Below are positions 38,084-50,296 of a DNA stretch of 64,000 nucleotides, piece by piece (the stretch's first letter is position 1; each line of letters opens with the position of its first letter). The notes under the pieces were generated by a model, which was not told the origin of the DNA, searched no databases, and saw only the letters and a list, made by a program, of their open reading frames with translations. Source of the stretch: Pseudovirgaria hyperparasitica (lineage: Eukaryota); assembly GCA_010093815.1 (NCBI GenBank), contig ML996568.1; one strand, 5' to 3'. A program made the position numbers and the translations under genes.

Positions 38084-39677
38084 ATGCCCAATACGGACTC
38101 CAGTCCCGTACGGAAGCGTCCTGCTGCCAAAGCTGACCCGCCAACTGGCACTGGCAACCCAAACAAGAAACGAGCACGTTCCCCTGCGGCGAACGGAGAG
38201 CGGTCAAGATCACGCTCGCAATCACCGCCGAGGAAAAGACCAGCAGCCAGAGCTGTGCCTTCGGGCGACAATGCAAAAAGGAAGCGTGTACACGAGAACA
38301 GACAAGAGCGTCGGTCACGTTCACGAACACCTCCGAGAAAGCGGCCTGGGGCAAACGCCGCAATCAGTGCCGCTGCACGCGAGGAAGCAAGACAAAGGCG
38401 ACAAGAACGAGAACGTGAGGATGAGCAGAGGGCTGCCGCGGCAGCAGCAGCACGCGGCGTTCATGATGTTGTAAGGCAACACTACAATGCAGTTCCGGAG
38501 CGAGGAAGAGAATGGCGCAAGACAGACAGCAAAATCAAAGGACTACGTAGCTTCAATAACTGGGTCAAGAGCACCTTAATTCAAAGGTTTTCGCCGAATG
38601 ATGGCGGCGACAGACGCGAAGGAATCCTTGTACTGGATATTGGCTGTGGAAAGGGTGGCGATCTCATGAAATGGAGCTCAGCACCACAAAGAGTAGACCT
38701 ATACGTCGCCGCAGATCCGGCCGAAGTGTCCATACAGCAAGCAAGAGACCGATATCGAGAGATGTCGAGAAAGCCACCCCGCGGCCGCAAGCTCTTTCAT
38801 GCCGAATTTTCTGTGAAGGACTGCTTTGGCGAATGGATGGGTGACATACCGATCATACAGGAAGTAGGCATAGATCCCAATGTTGGCCCCGGCGGAGGAG
38901 CAAGCAAATTTGCGACGAGCGGATTCGATGTGGTTTCGATGATGTTCTGTATGCATTACGCATTTGAAAACGAGGAAAAGGCACGCATGATGTTGAAGAA
39001 CGTATCAGGCGCTCTCAAGAAAGGTGGCAGGTTCTTAGGAGTCATCCCCAATTCAGATGTTCTATCTCAAAAAGTGGAAGAACATCACAAGAAGAACTCG
39101 ACTTCGGGAAAAGACGAACCACAGGATAACGATTCGGACGATAACTGGGATCCAGAAAAGACTCTCGACGAACCAGCACCTGCAAAGGCTCAAGAAGATG
39201 GTGAGGTCGAAGATTCAGGTTTCGAATGGGGCAATAGTATCTACCGCGTAAAGTTCCCTGGCAAAACACCAAAAGATGGAGTTTTCAGGCCGCCTTTTGG
39301 GTGGAAATACTTCTATTTTCTAGAGGAGGCGGTGGAGGAAGTCCCCGAATATGTGGTACCATGGGAAGCGTTCCGAGCGTATGTTGGCAATGAAATCTAC
39401 AGTGAAAGGTGGCTAATATCAGCAACAGTCTGGCAGAGGACTACAATCTAGAGCTGCAGTACCGCAAGCCATTCCCGGAGGTTTGGGAAGAGAGCAGACA
39501 CACCCCCGAGTTCAGCGAACTGGCGGAACGCATGCGTGTTCAAGAGCGTGGTTCTGGGAGACTCCTTGTCAGTGAAGAGGAGATGAATGCTTCCGGTATG
39601 TCAAATCCGTTCATGTCCCGCTTTACGCTGACTCCTTGGCAGCTTTCTACCATGCCTTTTGCTTCTACAAAGTGTGA
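38084..39677 (+). CDS. ABD1: mRNA cap guanine-N7 methyltransferase
   Basis: VRQHYN, SKIKGLRSFNNWVKS, VLDIGCGKGGDLMKW, FCMHYAFE and VPEYVVPW; two 3' introns; ends FYHAFCFYKV*. Confidence 0.93.
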
Positions 39678-40002
39678 GCCTTTACTGGAGACCGGCCGTC
39701 GTTCTAGTCGACCTGTCTATCGCGATCCTGATGGGCTTCATAATAGGATAGAAAGTCTACCGAGTGTAGCAGGGATGATGCATGTGATGGGAAAGGTCTG
39801 GTCCTATGAGGGAACAGCTTGTGTGCGGGCACTTTGGCACCGTCCAGGACATCCCAACTCAAGGCCTCTGTTAGTAGCCAAACTCTCGTAGCATAAATCA
39901 GAGAAATGGGCCGACCCCCTCTTATGAAGCTGCAGACAGCCGTTGCTCCGTATTCATTTCCGTCACGCCTGCTCCGCCCGTGGTCTGCCCTATGGGCGGT
40001 CC

Positions 40003-40041
40003 TATATAAAGGCGCACAGACAAAGGCAAAGCCAGCCTCGG
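40003..40041 (+). promoter_or_regulatory. TATA box and FarA/FarB-type CCTCGG element upstream of PEX11
   Basis: TATATAAA at about 40003-40010 and CCTCGG at 40036-40041. CCTCGG is the known fatty-acid induction motif of peroxisomal genes in Aspergillus. Confidence 0.45.
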
Positions 40042-40258
40042 CTTGTCTCCACCTTTTACCCCGACACCACCTTACAGCTTCCGCTGTCACAAGCCGAAGG
40101 AACCAGTAGCCACATTCATCACCCTCACAACGGCTCTCGGCCATCTTCCGCATCCACACTCTGTGCTTCCCTCCCTTGAAGCTTAGCGAAATTCTGGCCG
40201 ATAGTGTCCTCAACGACAAACAAAAGACCTCAGAAGAAACTGATACCATCCGCCCAAA

Positions 40259-41285
40259 ATGGTCGCTGACGCGGTTATCTACCACCCTTCGGTGTCGCAT
40301 TACCTGCGATACGTTGCGACAACAGGTATGCGCGAAAGCCCTTCTTCTTACAGCACCGTCGGTCGCATGACCCACCCGTTCATTACCGTCCCGTCAATAT
40401 GACACGATGATCAAAAGGCGGAAAAGAAGGAAAAGAAAGCTGACAACGCATTTTCTCATATAGTCGGTCGCGACAAAGTCCTCCGCATCCTGCAATACTT
40501 CTCCCGCTTCTACGCCTGGTACCTGTACCGCACGAACCACCCGCAAACCTCCGTCGCGCCATATGAGGCAATCAAGAAGCAATTCGGCCTCGTCCGAAAG
40601 GTCATGCGACTGGGCAAGTTCGTCGAGCACTTCAAGGCGGCCGCCCAAGCGGCGGATGCAAAGGCCATGGACCCTGTCCTGAAGTACTGCGCCGTCGGTC
40701 GACAACTGGGCTATGCGGGCTACATGCTCTTGGACAACATGACAGTGGTACGTTATACATCCGATGGGCGTCTGTCGCAGGCAGATAGAGGGCAAAGAAG
40801 GAAGACTAGGACATTTGGGAAAATGCTAATGTGAGGAAAAACCAACAGCCCGATCTGCTCAACATCAGAAAATCGCCCAAGACGGCAAGCATCCAGCGTG
40901 AAGCGTACCGCATGTGGTTCGCAGGTCTATCCTTCAATATTGTCGCCGGCGCATACACACTCTACAACCTGCAACAGCGCCAGAAGGCCATCGACGAGAA
41001 GACGGGCATGGACGCCGCCGAGAACAAGAAGATCGAAAGGTACGACGGCCCTTCTAACCACTCTATAAATGGAAGGCATTTCATGTCAAGCATACTGCAT
41101 ACTAACCACGACCTCGCAGAGAAAGCAAAGCCGCGCGCCTCCAACTCGTCTCGGATCTCTGCGACATCACCGTCCCGACTGCTGGTCTGAGCATCCTCAC
41201 CCTCGACGACGGCATCGTCGGTCTTGCCGGAACTACCAGCTCGCTGATCGGGGCATACCTGATTTGGAAGAAGACCGCCGCGTGA
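40259..41285 (+). CDS. PEX11: Peroxisomal biogenesis factor Pex11
   Basis: Four exons. MVADAVIYHP..TVGRDKVLRILQYFSRFYAW, RKVMRLGKFVEH, QLVSDLCDITVP and DDGIVGLAGTTSSLIG..WKKTAA*. Confidence 0.93.
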
Positions 41286-41361
41286 AAACACCCTAGAATC
41301 ACGGAGAGCGCTTTGTTGTTGGGGTGTGTGTAACTTGTGGAACAGGCTTGGGAGGCGTGAG

Positions 41362-41395
41362 GAGGAGCGAGGAGCGAGGAGCGAGGAGCGAGGAG
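41362..41395 (+). repeat. (GAGGAGC)x~5 minisatellite in the PEX11 3' UTR
   Basis: gaggagc repeated about 4.9 times. Confidence 0.85.
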
Positions 41396-42033
41396 TATCA
41401 GGACGAGGACGAGACAAGTAGTAGCCCAAAGCTGAAAGAAACCCAGGCTACAGAGGACTTTGAGGTTTTTTTCTGTTTTGTTTCGGAAACGGGGCATTAA
41501 AATAATATCATTTTCCCCCTCTCTATGCAAACTTCTTTTGTCGCCTTTTGCACGCTTTCTCACTCATATTTGACTGCCCCTCCTCCTCCTCAAGAATGTA
41601 AACACCTGTTCCCGTAGTGATGGTCAGCTAAGATGTTTTCTTCATATCTATATATATATCCCAGAATTCACGAGAACTTTTTGTCCCAATGCGCTTTGTG
41701 TGATGTGTGTGTTTTTTTTTGGTTCAACCTGAGCAAGTGAGTAATCGATTGATTGATTGCTTGATAAACACTCGCATCGTGTGAGTTTTCACCAATGACT
41801 TATACTTAAATAACAATAATAACAATAAACACTCAGAAACAATAATCACAAGCTGGCAGGTTAGTGTAAACTACTAAAAAAAAAAAAATGCGAGCCCCAA
41901 AAAAATCGGAGTGCAGATAAAACATCAAGACATCTTTCTACAACGCTGATGCGTCCGGCATACCTCGTTGTACCTCGCATCGCTGTGTATGTGAACTGAA
42001 TGAATGGATGGATGCTGGATGTGAATAGATGCT

Positions 42034-42148
42034 ATATGTCTATAGTCGTATCTATGGTTATATCTATAGTCGTATAAATAGTTATATCTATAGTATACCT
42101 ACAGCATATCTATAGTTTTATCTACAGTATATCCATAGTATACCCATA
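42034..42148. repeat. Degenerate ~12-bp tandem repeat (TATCTATAGT core) downstream of the ALT stop
   Basis: tatgtctatagtcg tatctatggtta tatctatagtcg tataaatagtta tatctatagt... about 9-10 degenerate units. Confidence 0.7.
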
Positions 42149-42260
42149 CCCTCAACAACCAATCCCAAATCTAGCCCGCCCCCCCTTGCGCTCGCAGTGA
42201 AAAATCCATGGTATTTCCCCACAAATTCCAGCACCACACCATCAATCCAATCATCTAAAT

Positions 42261-43851
42261 CTAGTCTCTAAACTCGTCCATAAACTCCTTGTGGAACTTC
42301 TCGATCCGTCCCACCCAGTCCGTGCCCGGAGCCAGGAAGGTTGTGCGGAAGTGCAGCGTGCCTTCCTTCTGGCCAAAGCCGCTGCCAGCCACGACACAGA
42401 CGCCCGTCGCGTCGAGCATGCGGAGGGAGTAGAACTCGTCGGCGGCGCGGCCGTCCTTCTTTGCGGCTTCGAGGGCCTTGTTGGGCAGTGTGATGGTTGG
42501 GAAGAGGTACATGGATCCCTTTTTTCATTTTTTGTTAGTACGGGGATTGTGGGAGAGGAACAGAATCTGTTGCTTTTGCCATACCTGCGGGTCCTGGCAC
42601 TTTACGCCCTCCATCTTCTTGAACGCCTCGAACAGGGCAGTAGCGCGCTTCTTCAGGCCGTCATAGATGCCATCGTACTCTTTCTTGTACAGCTCGTAGC
42701 TGGGCTCGCCTTCCTTGGGCGGGTTTACCATCATCTCGACTATGCACTGGCCGATGACTGGCGGGCACAGCTGGATGGAGATGAACTTGTAGATCTCCGC
42801 CGCAACCTCTGGGTCGAAGCCGATCAACTCAAAGTATCCGCCACGATGTCCGCATTCGCCGACCATGCCCTTGGAGATGCTGTGCAGCGAAACCAGGTTG
42901 ACATGGTCGTATGTTCCTGGGCTGGACTGCTGTAGATCCCGCAGCGCTTTCTTGAATGACACGAATTTGCCAATGAAGACGTTCGTTTGGTAGACTTCGT
43001 CTGCCATGACTACGATATTCTTCTCTGCGGCGAACTTGAGTACCGCTGTGATGTCCTCTACGGGCAGGCTGGCACCAGTGGGATTTCCAGGATTGATGAC
43101 AACAATCGCCCGCACTTCAGTACCCTCCGCAGTAGCTTTCTCGTATGCGTCTCTGATCTCTTTCAAGTTGGTGCCCCATGATTGATCTTCGTCGAGATAG
43201 TATGGAACGCAACGGGCATTGAGGACAGCCAGGGAGGCGGTGTAGAGAGGGTACTGAGGGATAGGAATCAAGAGACCGACTTCTGGTTTTGCGCAGATGG
43301 TATTCAGAAGTGTGTTGACGCCTGAAGAGGCTCCTCCACTGAGATATATGTCTCTCGCGCTACATGGGTGACCGTCACGCTCTATCCAGATATCAGTAAA
43401 CAGAAGTCGACCATCATGTCATGTACTGACTCTCAATAAACTTAGCCACGCTTTCTCGTATCGCCGGTGTTCCCTGACTGGCACTATATGCGCCGACGCT
43501 GTGGACCTCATTGAGCAACCACTTCGCACGCGCAATCTCGTCGCTCTTGTACCCCAAGTGCTGGGTCAAGACGTCCTCTTTCTCCAGTAGATCTGGGTTT
43601 TCGAGCAAACTCGCAACACGGCGAAAGAATGTTATTGGCTTCTGATCCAGCTGCTGAGGATTGCCAATGTTGGCGGAGATGATTTTATCAAAGGGGAGGT
43701 CGTTCTTGCCACCTTCCCTGAGCTGTGCTCTGTATTGCTCCGACTTCAACGCAAGCTCTCCTCGTACAGCATATTTTGCTTTTCGTATATTCTGATTGAT
43801 GTTCTCGACGGTCAAGGCCAGCTTCGCACCGGAGCCGTTGGTAGTAGCCAT
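42261..43851 (-). CDS. ALT1: Alanine aminotransferase (class I/II PLP enzyme)
   Basis: AKYAVRGEL, ANIGNPQQL, GAYSASQG, IPIPQYPLY, INPGNPTG, ADEVYQ, SISKGMVGECGHRGGY (PLP lysine) and GSGFGQKEGTLHFRTTFL; two introns. Confidence 0.95.
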
Positions 43852-45127
43852 GGTCCGAGTGGGTAGGAGGTATGCGAGGTAGCGAGAAGAAAGACGCGGG
43901 ACAGAAGTATCTATGAAGAGGAAACGTTCAGGTACGGCAGCACTAGAAGGGTGAAAAAGGAGGAATTCCCAGGTGGAAGTGATATCAGTGGGGAAAGTGG
44001 GCTTGGAAAGAGAAGCGTGGGGAGGTTGAGGACTGTGTAGAAAAAAGTATGACCAGTCGAGTGGACCCCGCTCATCGGTCCATGTTCAGGTCAACAGAGT
44101 GAATGGATGCATAGTACAGTGGGGGGTAGAGCGCTCAGACAGCACACCTAAAAGCGGCCAATGGCTGTTATCGACACGACTGAATGTGTGAATGTACAGA
44201 TATACTAAGGAGAAAATAGTTGATAGCTAGCACTCACCAATACCTATACGGTGCCATCTAGAGGCCATTTGCAGGCGCGCGGCAGCATGAAGGCATGACT
44301 TCATGGCCGACTTCGCGTCAACGTACCGATTTCGGGTAAACGGGCTGCAGGAGGCGTAGCGCGTTGGTGTTTCGGTTTCGTAGGAGGTAATTAAATAACT
44401 AATTAATTAGAGTTCCAGTGACAAGAGGTTGCGTCGCTCGCTTGCACCTTCTTGTCTGCCTCACGTCGGGCAAATGATTGCGACGATCCAGGCGCAGTGG
44501 CAGCGTGAAGTTGCAGGCAAGGAATAAGCAGAGCTGGAGATGTCTAAGGTAAAGAGCCGAAGCTGCAGGCGATAGGTCGACACGGCGACGCGGCACGGTG
44601 AGAAAATGATACGAATGTCGGTCAGAGCGTGTGATCGATTGCGAGATACAGTAGATATACAAGAGTCCTATCGATACGAATAATCTAATTACATCTTCCA
44701 TTGCCCTGCCGCAGTAGTCAGAGCGGTATGCTCTTTGCAGTGTCCACTATAAAAATCTGTATGGGTTGTATATGACTACCATGAAGCAATTCATAGTGTT
44801 CTCCGAACTTCTAGGAACGCTCATTGGGCACTCTCGTCTATGAATTACACCATTAACATGCACCATTGCAGTCTCAGGCAGCACCGCGACAACACACTCA
44901 GAAATGATCAAGAATTGCTTTCAACACGACTAATAATGAGGTTGCGAAGCTGCTATCTACCAGGATCTGTGGCAAATAGAATATACATTTGAAGTTAAAG
45001 ATGCTTTGCCAAAGCGGAAATGGCCGTACCAAAAGTCCCCTACACCAAAACAAATGCGATAAGAATAAGCCGGCGTAGACTTCATGACAATCAAACCAAC
45101 TCGACACCGAAAATTTAATTACACTGC

Positions 45128-46137
45128 CTATTGTTGGCCACCCATCTCGACTGTGAAGTGGCCAGCGGCCCCTGGGATGTAGCAGGAGCCGTTGCGGTCC
45201 TTGCCATCAAGACCAGGAAGCGTCTGCTTCTCGGTGACCCAGCAGTTCTCCTCGTTGGAAGAAACACAGTCGTTCTCCTTGTTGGTAATCTTCATCTTGT
45301 AGGTGTTACCCTTGGGGTTGAGGATGGCAGACAGGTTGCAAGCTGGGCCGTTGGGTGTCATGTTGCACTCGCCGAATGAAGTGGCAAAGTGACCGGAGAA
45401 CGTCTTGTCTTTGGTGGCTTGCGCGAAACCAACCTGGGAGTCGGATTGGAAAGCCACAACCTGGTTGGCCTGGGAAGCGAGGGTGAAGGTAAGTGTGCAC
45501 TCTTTGGAAACGCTCGCGCCACCAGAGAGGGGCTGGCCATCAGATCCAGCCTTGTTCCAGATACAGATGGTCATGGGGGAAGGAGAGGTGTTCTTGTAGT
45601 TGACAGTGTAGTCGTAGCCGTCCTCAGAGTCGACCTTGATCACGTTGGAGCCGTACGGGTTGCCGACGTTGCCCATGTAAAAGTCTCCCATGGCGCCAGA
45701 CGAAGAGGTAGGCTTGCCGAAAGAGGTGAGCTTGTTGGACAGACCAACAAGGCCGTCGATGACGTCACCGAGATCGAAGCTGTTGGTAGAGACGGCGTGG
45801 TCGTCATTGTTGTAGCCCTTGTCTTCGCCGGCGGGTGGACTCGACGAGGAAGGCGCAGGAGCGTAAGAATCGTCAGTGTGGGGAGCACCGCCTTTGCCAG
45901 AGTAGTCGATCTTAGTCCAGTCAAGTAGGTGCTTCCAGCCGTCGGCATCGAGACCGTATGAGTCCCTGTGGTGTAGCGTTAGTATTGTTGAATGTAGATT
46001 TGGTCTGGTCGTCAAGGATAGCATTTTACGTACTTGTCGGCATGACGATGGAAGTGACGGTGAGCAGTGGGCTTTGCAAATACGCCAGATACGCTCAGGG
46101 CAGCCAGAATGGCAGTGGCAGTGGAGGAGTAAGTCAT
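45128..46137 (-). CDS. Secreted allergen Asp f 4-like protein
   Basis: Signal peptide MTYSSTATAILAALSVSGVFA and His-rich HRHFHRHADKR across one intron. YMGNVGNPYGSNVI and CIWNKAGSDG motifs; Cys-containing beta C-terminal domain. Confidence 0.75.
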
Positions 46138-47324
46138 TTTTGATTATTGGTAGAGATGTGCGAGGTTAGTTTGCGGGAAGCGAAGAGTGGTATCAAGGGA
46201 TATAGATGCTCGGGGCAAATATGGTAATGAGAGACTGGAGTGAATGGTAAATACGCCGGAAAGAGTGACGACGATTTAGATGGGATGAAAAGAACGACTT
46301 GGGAGGAGGATGTGCGGAGAGGAGCAAGTGAGTCGAGGAAGAAGAGTGAGAGAGAGAGGGCAGGGGAGAAGATATTGAAGGAGCGAGAGCGCGGGCAGTT
46401 AAAAAGGGCCTTAGGGCAATTTCGAAGCGCAAGGGCCGATCTGCCAATCGCGGCCAATCAATCAGTGCGCGCGCGCTGAATAGCACTGCATTGCCCCCCT
46501 GTTGACCCCCCGAGACCCCCCAGTCCAGGCGAGATTATCCCCTGCCAAGCGCAACTTTAGTGCCTCCTCTACGCCCAAACCCGCCCGCCACAAAACCTTG
46601 GGAGCCGCCAGCACAGAGCAGCAACACTGCGCTCAGTCCACTCCCACGTCCCTACACCCTTATCCTCATTCCTCTTTTTGCTCTTCTGCCATTTCCTGGT
46701 ACCTGACTAGTCCTTCTCCAGTCAGCTAGTCAGCTAGCCAGTACCTAGGTACACCTGTACAGTACATCCATCCATATGACCATAGGTCCTAACTAATTAA
46801 CATTAATACTGGTGACTCCTGTGGTGTGTTGGTGTGTGTGTGAAGGTACCCCTATCCATTCACAACACTGTCCGGACCTACGCCAGTCCCACGTTTTCTG
46901 GATGTCACTTGTCACCATACATTGTACTATGTATTATCCACCTTCCTTTGTGCTAATTAATTGTCGGATGTCCGCTGGCAAGAAACCATGTCGAGCGAGA
47001 CGAGACACTCTTTGTTTCGCCCCACGTTGTCGCATCGCGGCATACGGCGTAGGTAAGGTACAGTAAGACCCAACACCATGGCGCCTAACCGACCGATTAC
47101 ACAGCTTACTACAACATCCAAGGTCTCTCGGCTCGACTCTCCACGCGCTAGAATATTCAGTCTGGATTTCTCATCTCACAATACGCTTTATCAATGCATC
47201 CGACCATCGGAAGAAATACAAAATCTCCCGTAGTGCCGTCTGTCCTATCGTCACCCGCGCAATCGATATGCCTTGATGCAGACTCAACGGCAATCTCTGG
47301 ACGACAGCCCCATGGGAGAATGCA

Positions 47325-47408
47325 CTGATGCTGATGATGATGATGATGATGCTGATGAGTGATGAGTGACGAGTGACGAGTGACGAGTGACGAGTGATGA
47401 GTGATGAA
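47325..47408. repeat. Compound microsatellite (GAT)n followed by (GAGTGAY)n
   Basis: ctgatgctgatgatgatgatgatgatgctgatgagtgatgagtgacgagtgacgagtgacgagtgacgagtgatgagtgatg. Confidence 0.85.
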
Positions 47409-48355
47409 TAGATGACTAGATTCCTGGCTGTGTTACGCCCTGCATCCGAGCGACGTGGCAGCCTAAACACCAGAGCACATCCGTTGCCCGCATCATCATC
47501 TCGTCGTCCATAATCCAGACATGATAGTAGTATACCAGACATCTGGCAAAGTCTCGCCAGATCGTCGGTCCGGAATGCGACAGTAGGCTGGCGGAAGAAG
47601 TATCGGACATGTCAAACTTGGTTGCTTCTTTTTGGACGACCAGGGTTGTAGACTTGTAGTAATTCTTACAACGTTATGCTGCCAATCGGGTTGTCCATAG
47701 TGGAGTCTACCAAGGCTGTTACGGAACCACCTCAAACAGCCACCCTATGTGTGTATGTGTACTATGTGGGCATAGTCTCAAGGTATAATTCGGTGTGTGT
47801 ACTCCAGCTAAATTTAAGATGTACTGTACTCAGCTTCATCAAACCAGGCTAAGCTCAGTTGACTGTCTAATTATACTTAGTACTGCGCCTGAGGAATGAG
47901 AAGGAAACAGGTGTAGATTCGACCACTGTATACATGACAGGCCCCCCTTTTACTCAATCACCTACTCGCGCCGAGGCTCCTAGATTGATCGCGCGAGAAG
48001 AGTCGAACATGTCCTATCTATCATTCGAGCATTCACCTCTGCGTCCTCCGTTGTTCAGTCTACACACTAGGTGTTACTATTGTCTAGCGAAGTGGAGATT
48101 GACTATACGGGCATATGGCTGGCCACTCCATGTGCCTTGGCAGAAGGACGTGATGCTCAAACAGGAAACCTCTAATTTCCCTTCCGCATGGCGCATAACT
48201 TCCGACGGTCACGTGCCTTCCCCCAGTTATGTCCCTCCAGCTTTCAACCACCTTCAGTCTCTACATCTCTACCACATCTCTCAAGACCAAAGTCGCCAGA
48301 TCACTGCATGCGCTTTTGTTCCTGTTGTCGCACTGGATAAATCGGCACTGTGTGC

Positions 48356-50296
48356 TCACCCTGAACTCCCGGTCCCACCTCCACCGACACGAGTATCGTC
48401 TCGAGTCGTGGCTGGCTTCCGCATGTTCGAGTCGCCTGGCGAGGATTTGGTATTCTCGATGCTCTGAGAGATCTGTAGCGCCAGTCTCTCCAGCTCCTTG
48501 TACTTCTCTGCGACAGTCTTACTATGATTCGACAAATCACTCTTCAAGACCTTGATATCGTGGTATAAGGTGTCCCGCTTTGAAGCTTCCAACCCTTCGC
48601 CCACAGCCTCAGCTTCTGCATACCACTCATCATTGCTAGCCTCTTGTTTATCCTTGGATGACATAGACATGGACGTCACCAGAACCTCCTTTGCGATATG
48701 CTTGGGCTAGCAGGACGGAAAGATATGGCTTCGATATTCTGTTTCCCGCATGTCAGCAACTCCACAAGGCTGTAAAGCCTTCTGCGACAGACCTATATGA
48801 GCTCGAAATCCAACGGCTGTATCCTGCTCATAGGTACCTTCTACACCTCGTTGTCAGGGTGTCAGCTATGAAAGAAGTAGGTAGCGAGTGTGGTGAAACG
48901 GGTAAAGATATGTGAGCTTTGGTCTGCGCCTCTCAGGGTCACACACGTCGCCCTCATGCTAGCACGGGCCTTGAGGCCTTCAAGGAGAGGACTAGCAACG
49001 AAATTCCCAGCAGCAGACCCTTCCAATTGGCAGCCTGGCTTTGCCTAAACACTCACCGACGTCATTGGGACAAACACACCTTTCCCTTGATCATTTCGAT
49101 CAATATATCACGTTGTCATGGTCACGATTGACAACCGCTGAGAACGTTCAGCGTCACATACACAATTACCCATTCCTAGAGCTAAGTGCACAGATACTGT
49201 TGATTATATTACGATTTTTAGGTTCGTTCTACGCTGCACGTTGTCTTTCAAACTAGACATCGCACCCCTCTGCAGGTTTAACCATGCACAAAACGCATGC
49301 TCAGTATCCGCATCATCAAACATTTCTCCAAGATGCCCTGCTATCTCAATATCACGTTCCGTTGCAATATCAACCAACCTAGAAGCGCCTGCATATCAGC
49401 TCTCCGATACCATGCTACCGAAGCGAAGTATCCACGACTTGGGGTATGAAGGCATCTTAAATTTGACCGAAAATTAACTCACAAGCTGAGATACGCCTTT
49501 TGCCGTCGTATCATATTTTGACCCACGTCCATCATGTCGAGCACATCTGCGGCTGATTCCAGGAAATGCAGAAGCTGTTGAGCTAAGTTTGCGTCTAGCC
49601 GTTCCTTCGTAGCGGAGAGGCATCTCTCTACACTGTCAAACACAGGCTTGAGTGACACAGCCCTCAAAGCTCGCATCTGCTCACAAAGCTCTCTCGTATC
49701 TTGCCAGACGCAGTCCTCGCAAACTTTGCGAATCAGCAGCCATCTGCTTATAAAATCTTTCTTCGGATCAAAACAGAGACAAAAATCTTCCACTTGTGTC
49801 ATTGCCGGAACTTGGGCAGATTTGACCAGTCGACTCGCACAAGGCTTTGAGCTCTCATTACCAGGTCTGAGTCTCCTCCGATCAGACCGGCAAAAGAAAG
49901 GAGAACTCATCCAGTCCTGCGGATATGCACATTATTAAGCCGTCCATCAGCACCGCCGAGCTGATGACACACAGGTATTGGGGACTTGACTGACCTTGAG
50001 CGCTCGAGTATGTCACTTCAAAACTGTGGCAATCTTCGTACAAATGCCCAGGGACTGTCTACGATCCAGCTCCTTGATTGCTGTGTAATGACCGCTGTGA
50101 TTTCTCTAGACACGTCAGCCAGGAGATTGCAGAACACTCAATGAGCTTACAATCAAGCAGAGCCAGCTACCGGGTGCGATGGTTCGTAAGTAATGTTCTG
50201 CCACCATACCGAAGTACAATTAGGCCAGCATAATAGAAGATCTCGGACGCAGTTGTTGTCGGCGAGGAAGAGCGACGACTTACCTTTATGAGGCAT
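48356..50296 (-). pseudogene. Probable multi-exon pseudogene of unknown family
   Basis: A series of GT..AG introns with branch points can be spliced in phase from ATG 50296 through the 143-aa and 107-aa ORFs. The joined frame contains stops at 50013-50015 (TGA), 49100-49102 and 49091-49093 (TGA), and 48707-48709 (TAG). Confidence 0.4.

Noticed and set aside
42903..42914. ACATACGACCAT on the minus strand, like the 5' end of fungal 5S rRNA
   Set aside because: It lies inside the ALT coding frame (GTYDHV), and the rest of 5S does not follow.
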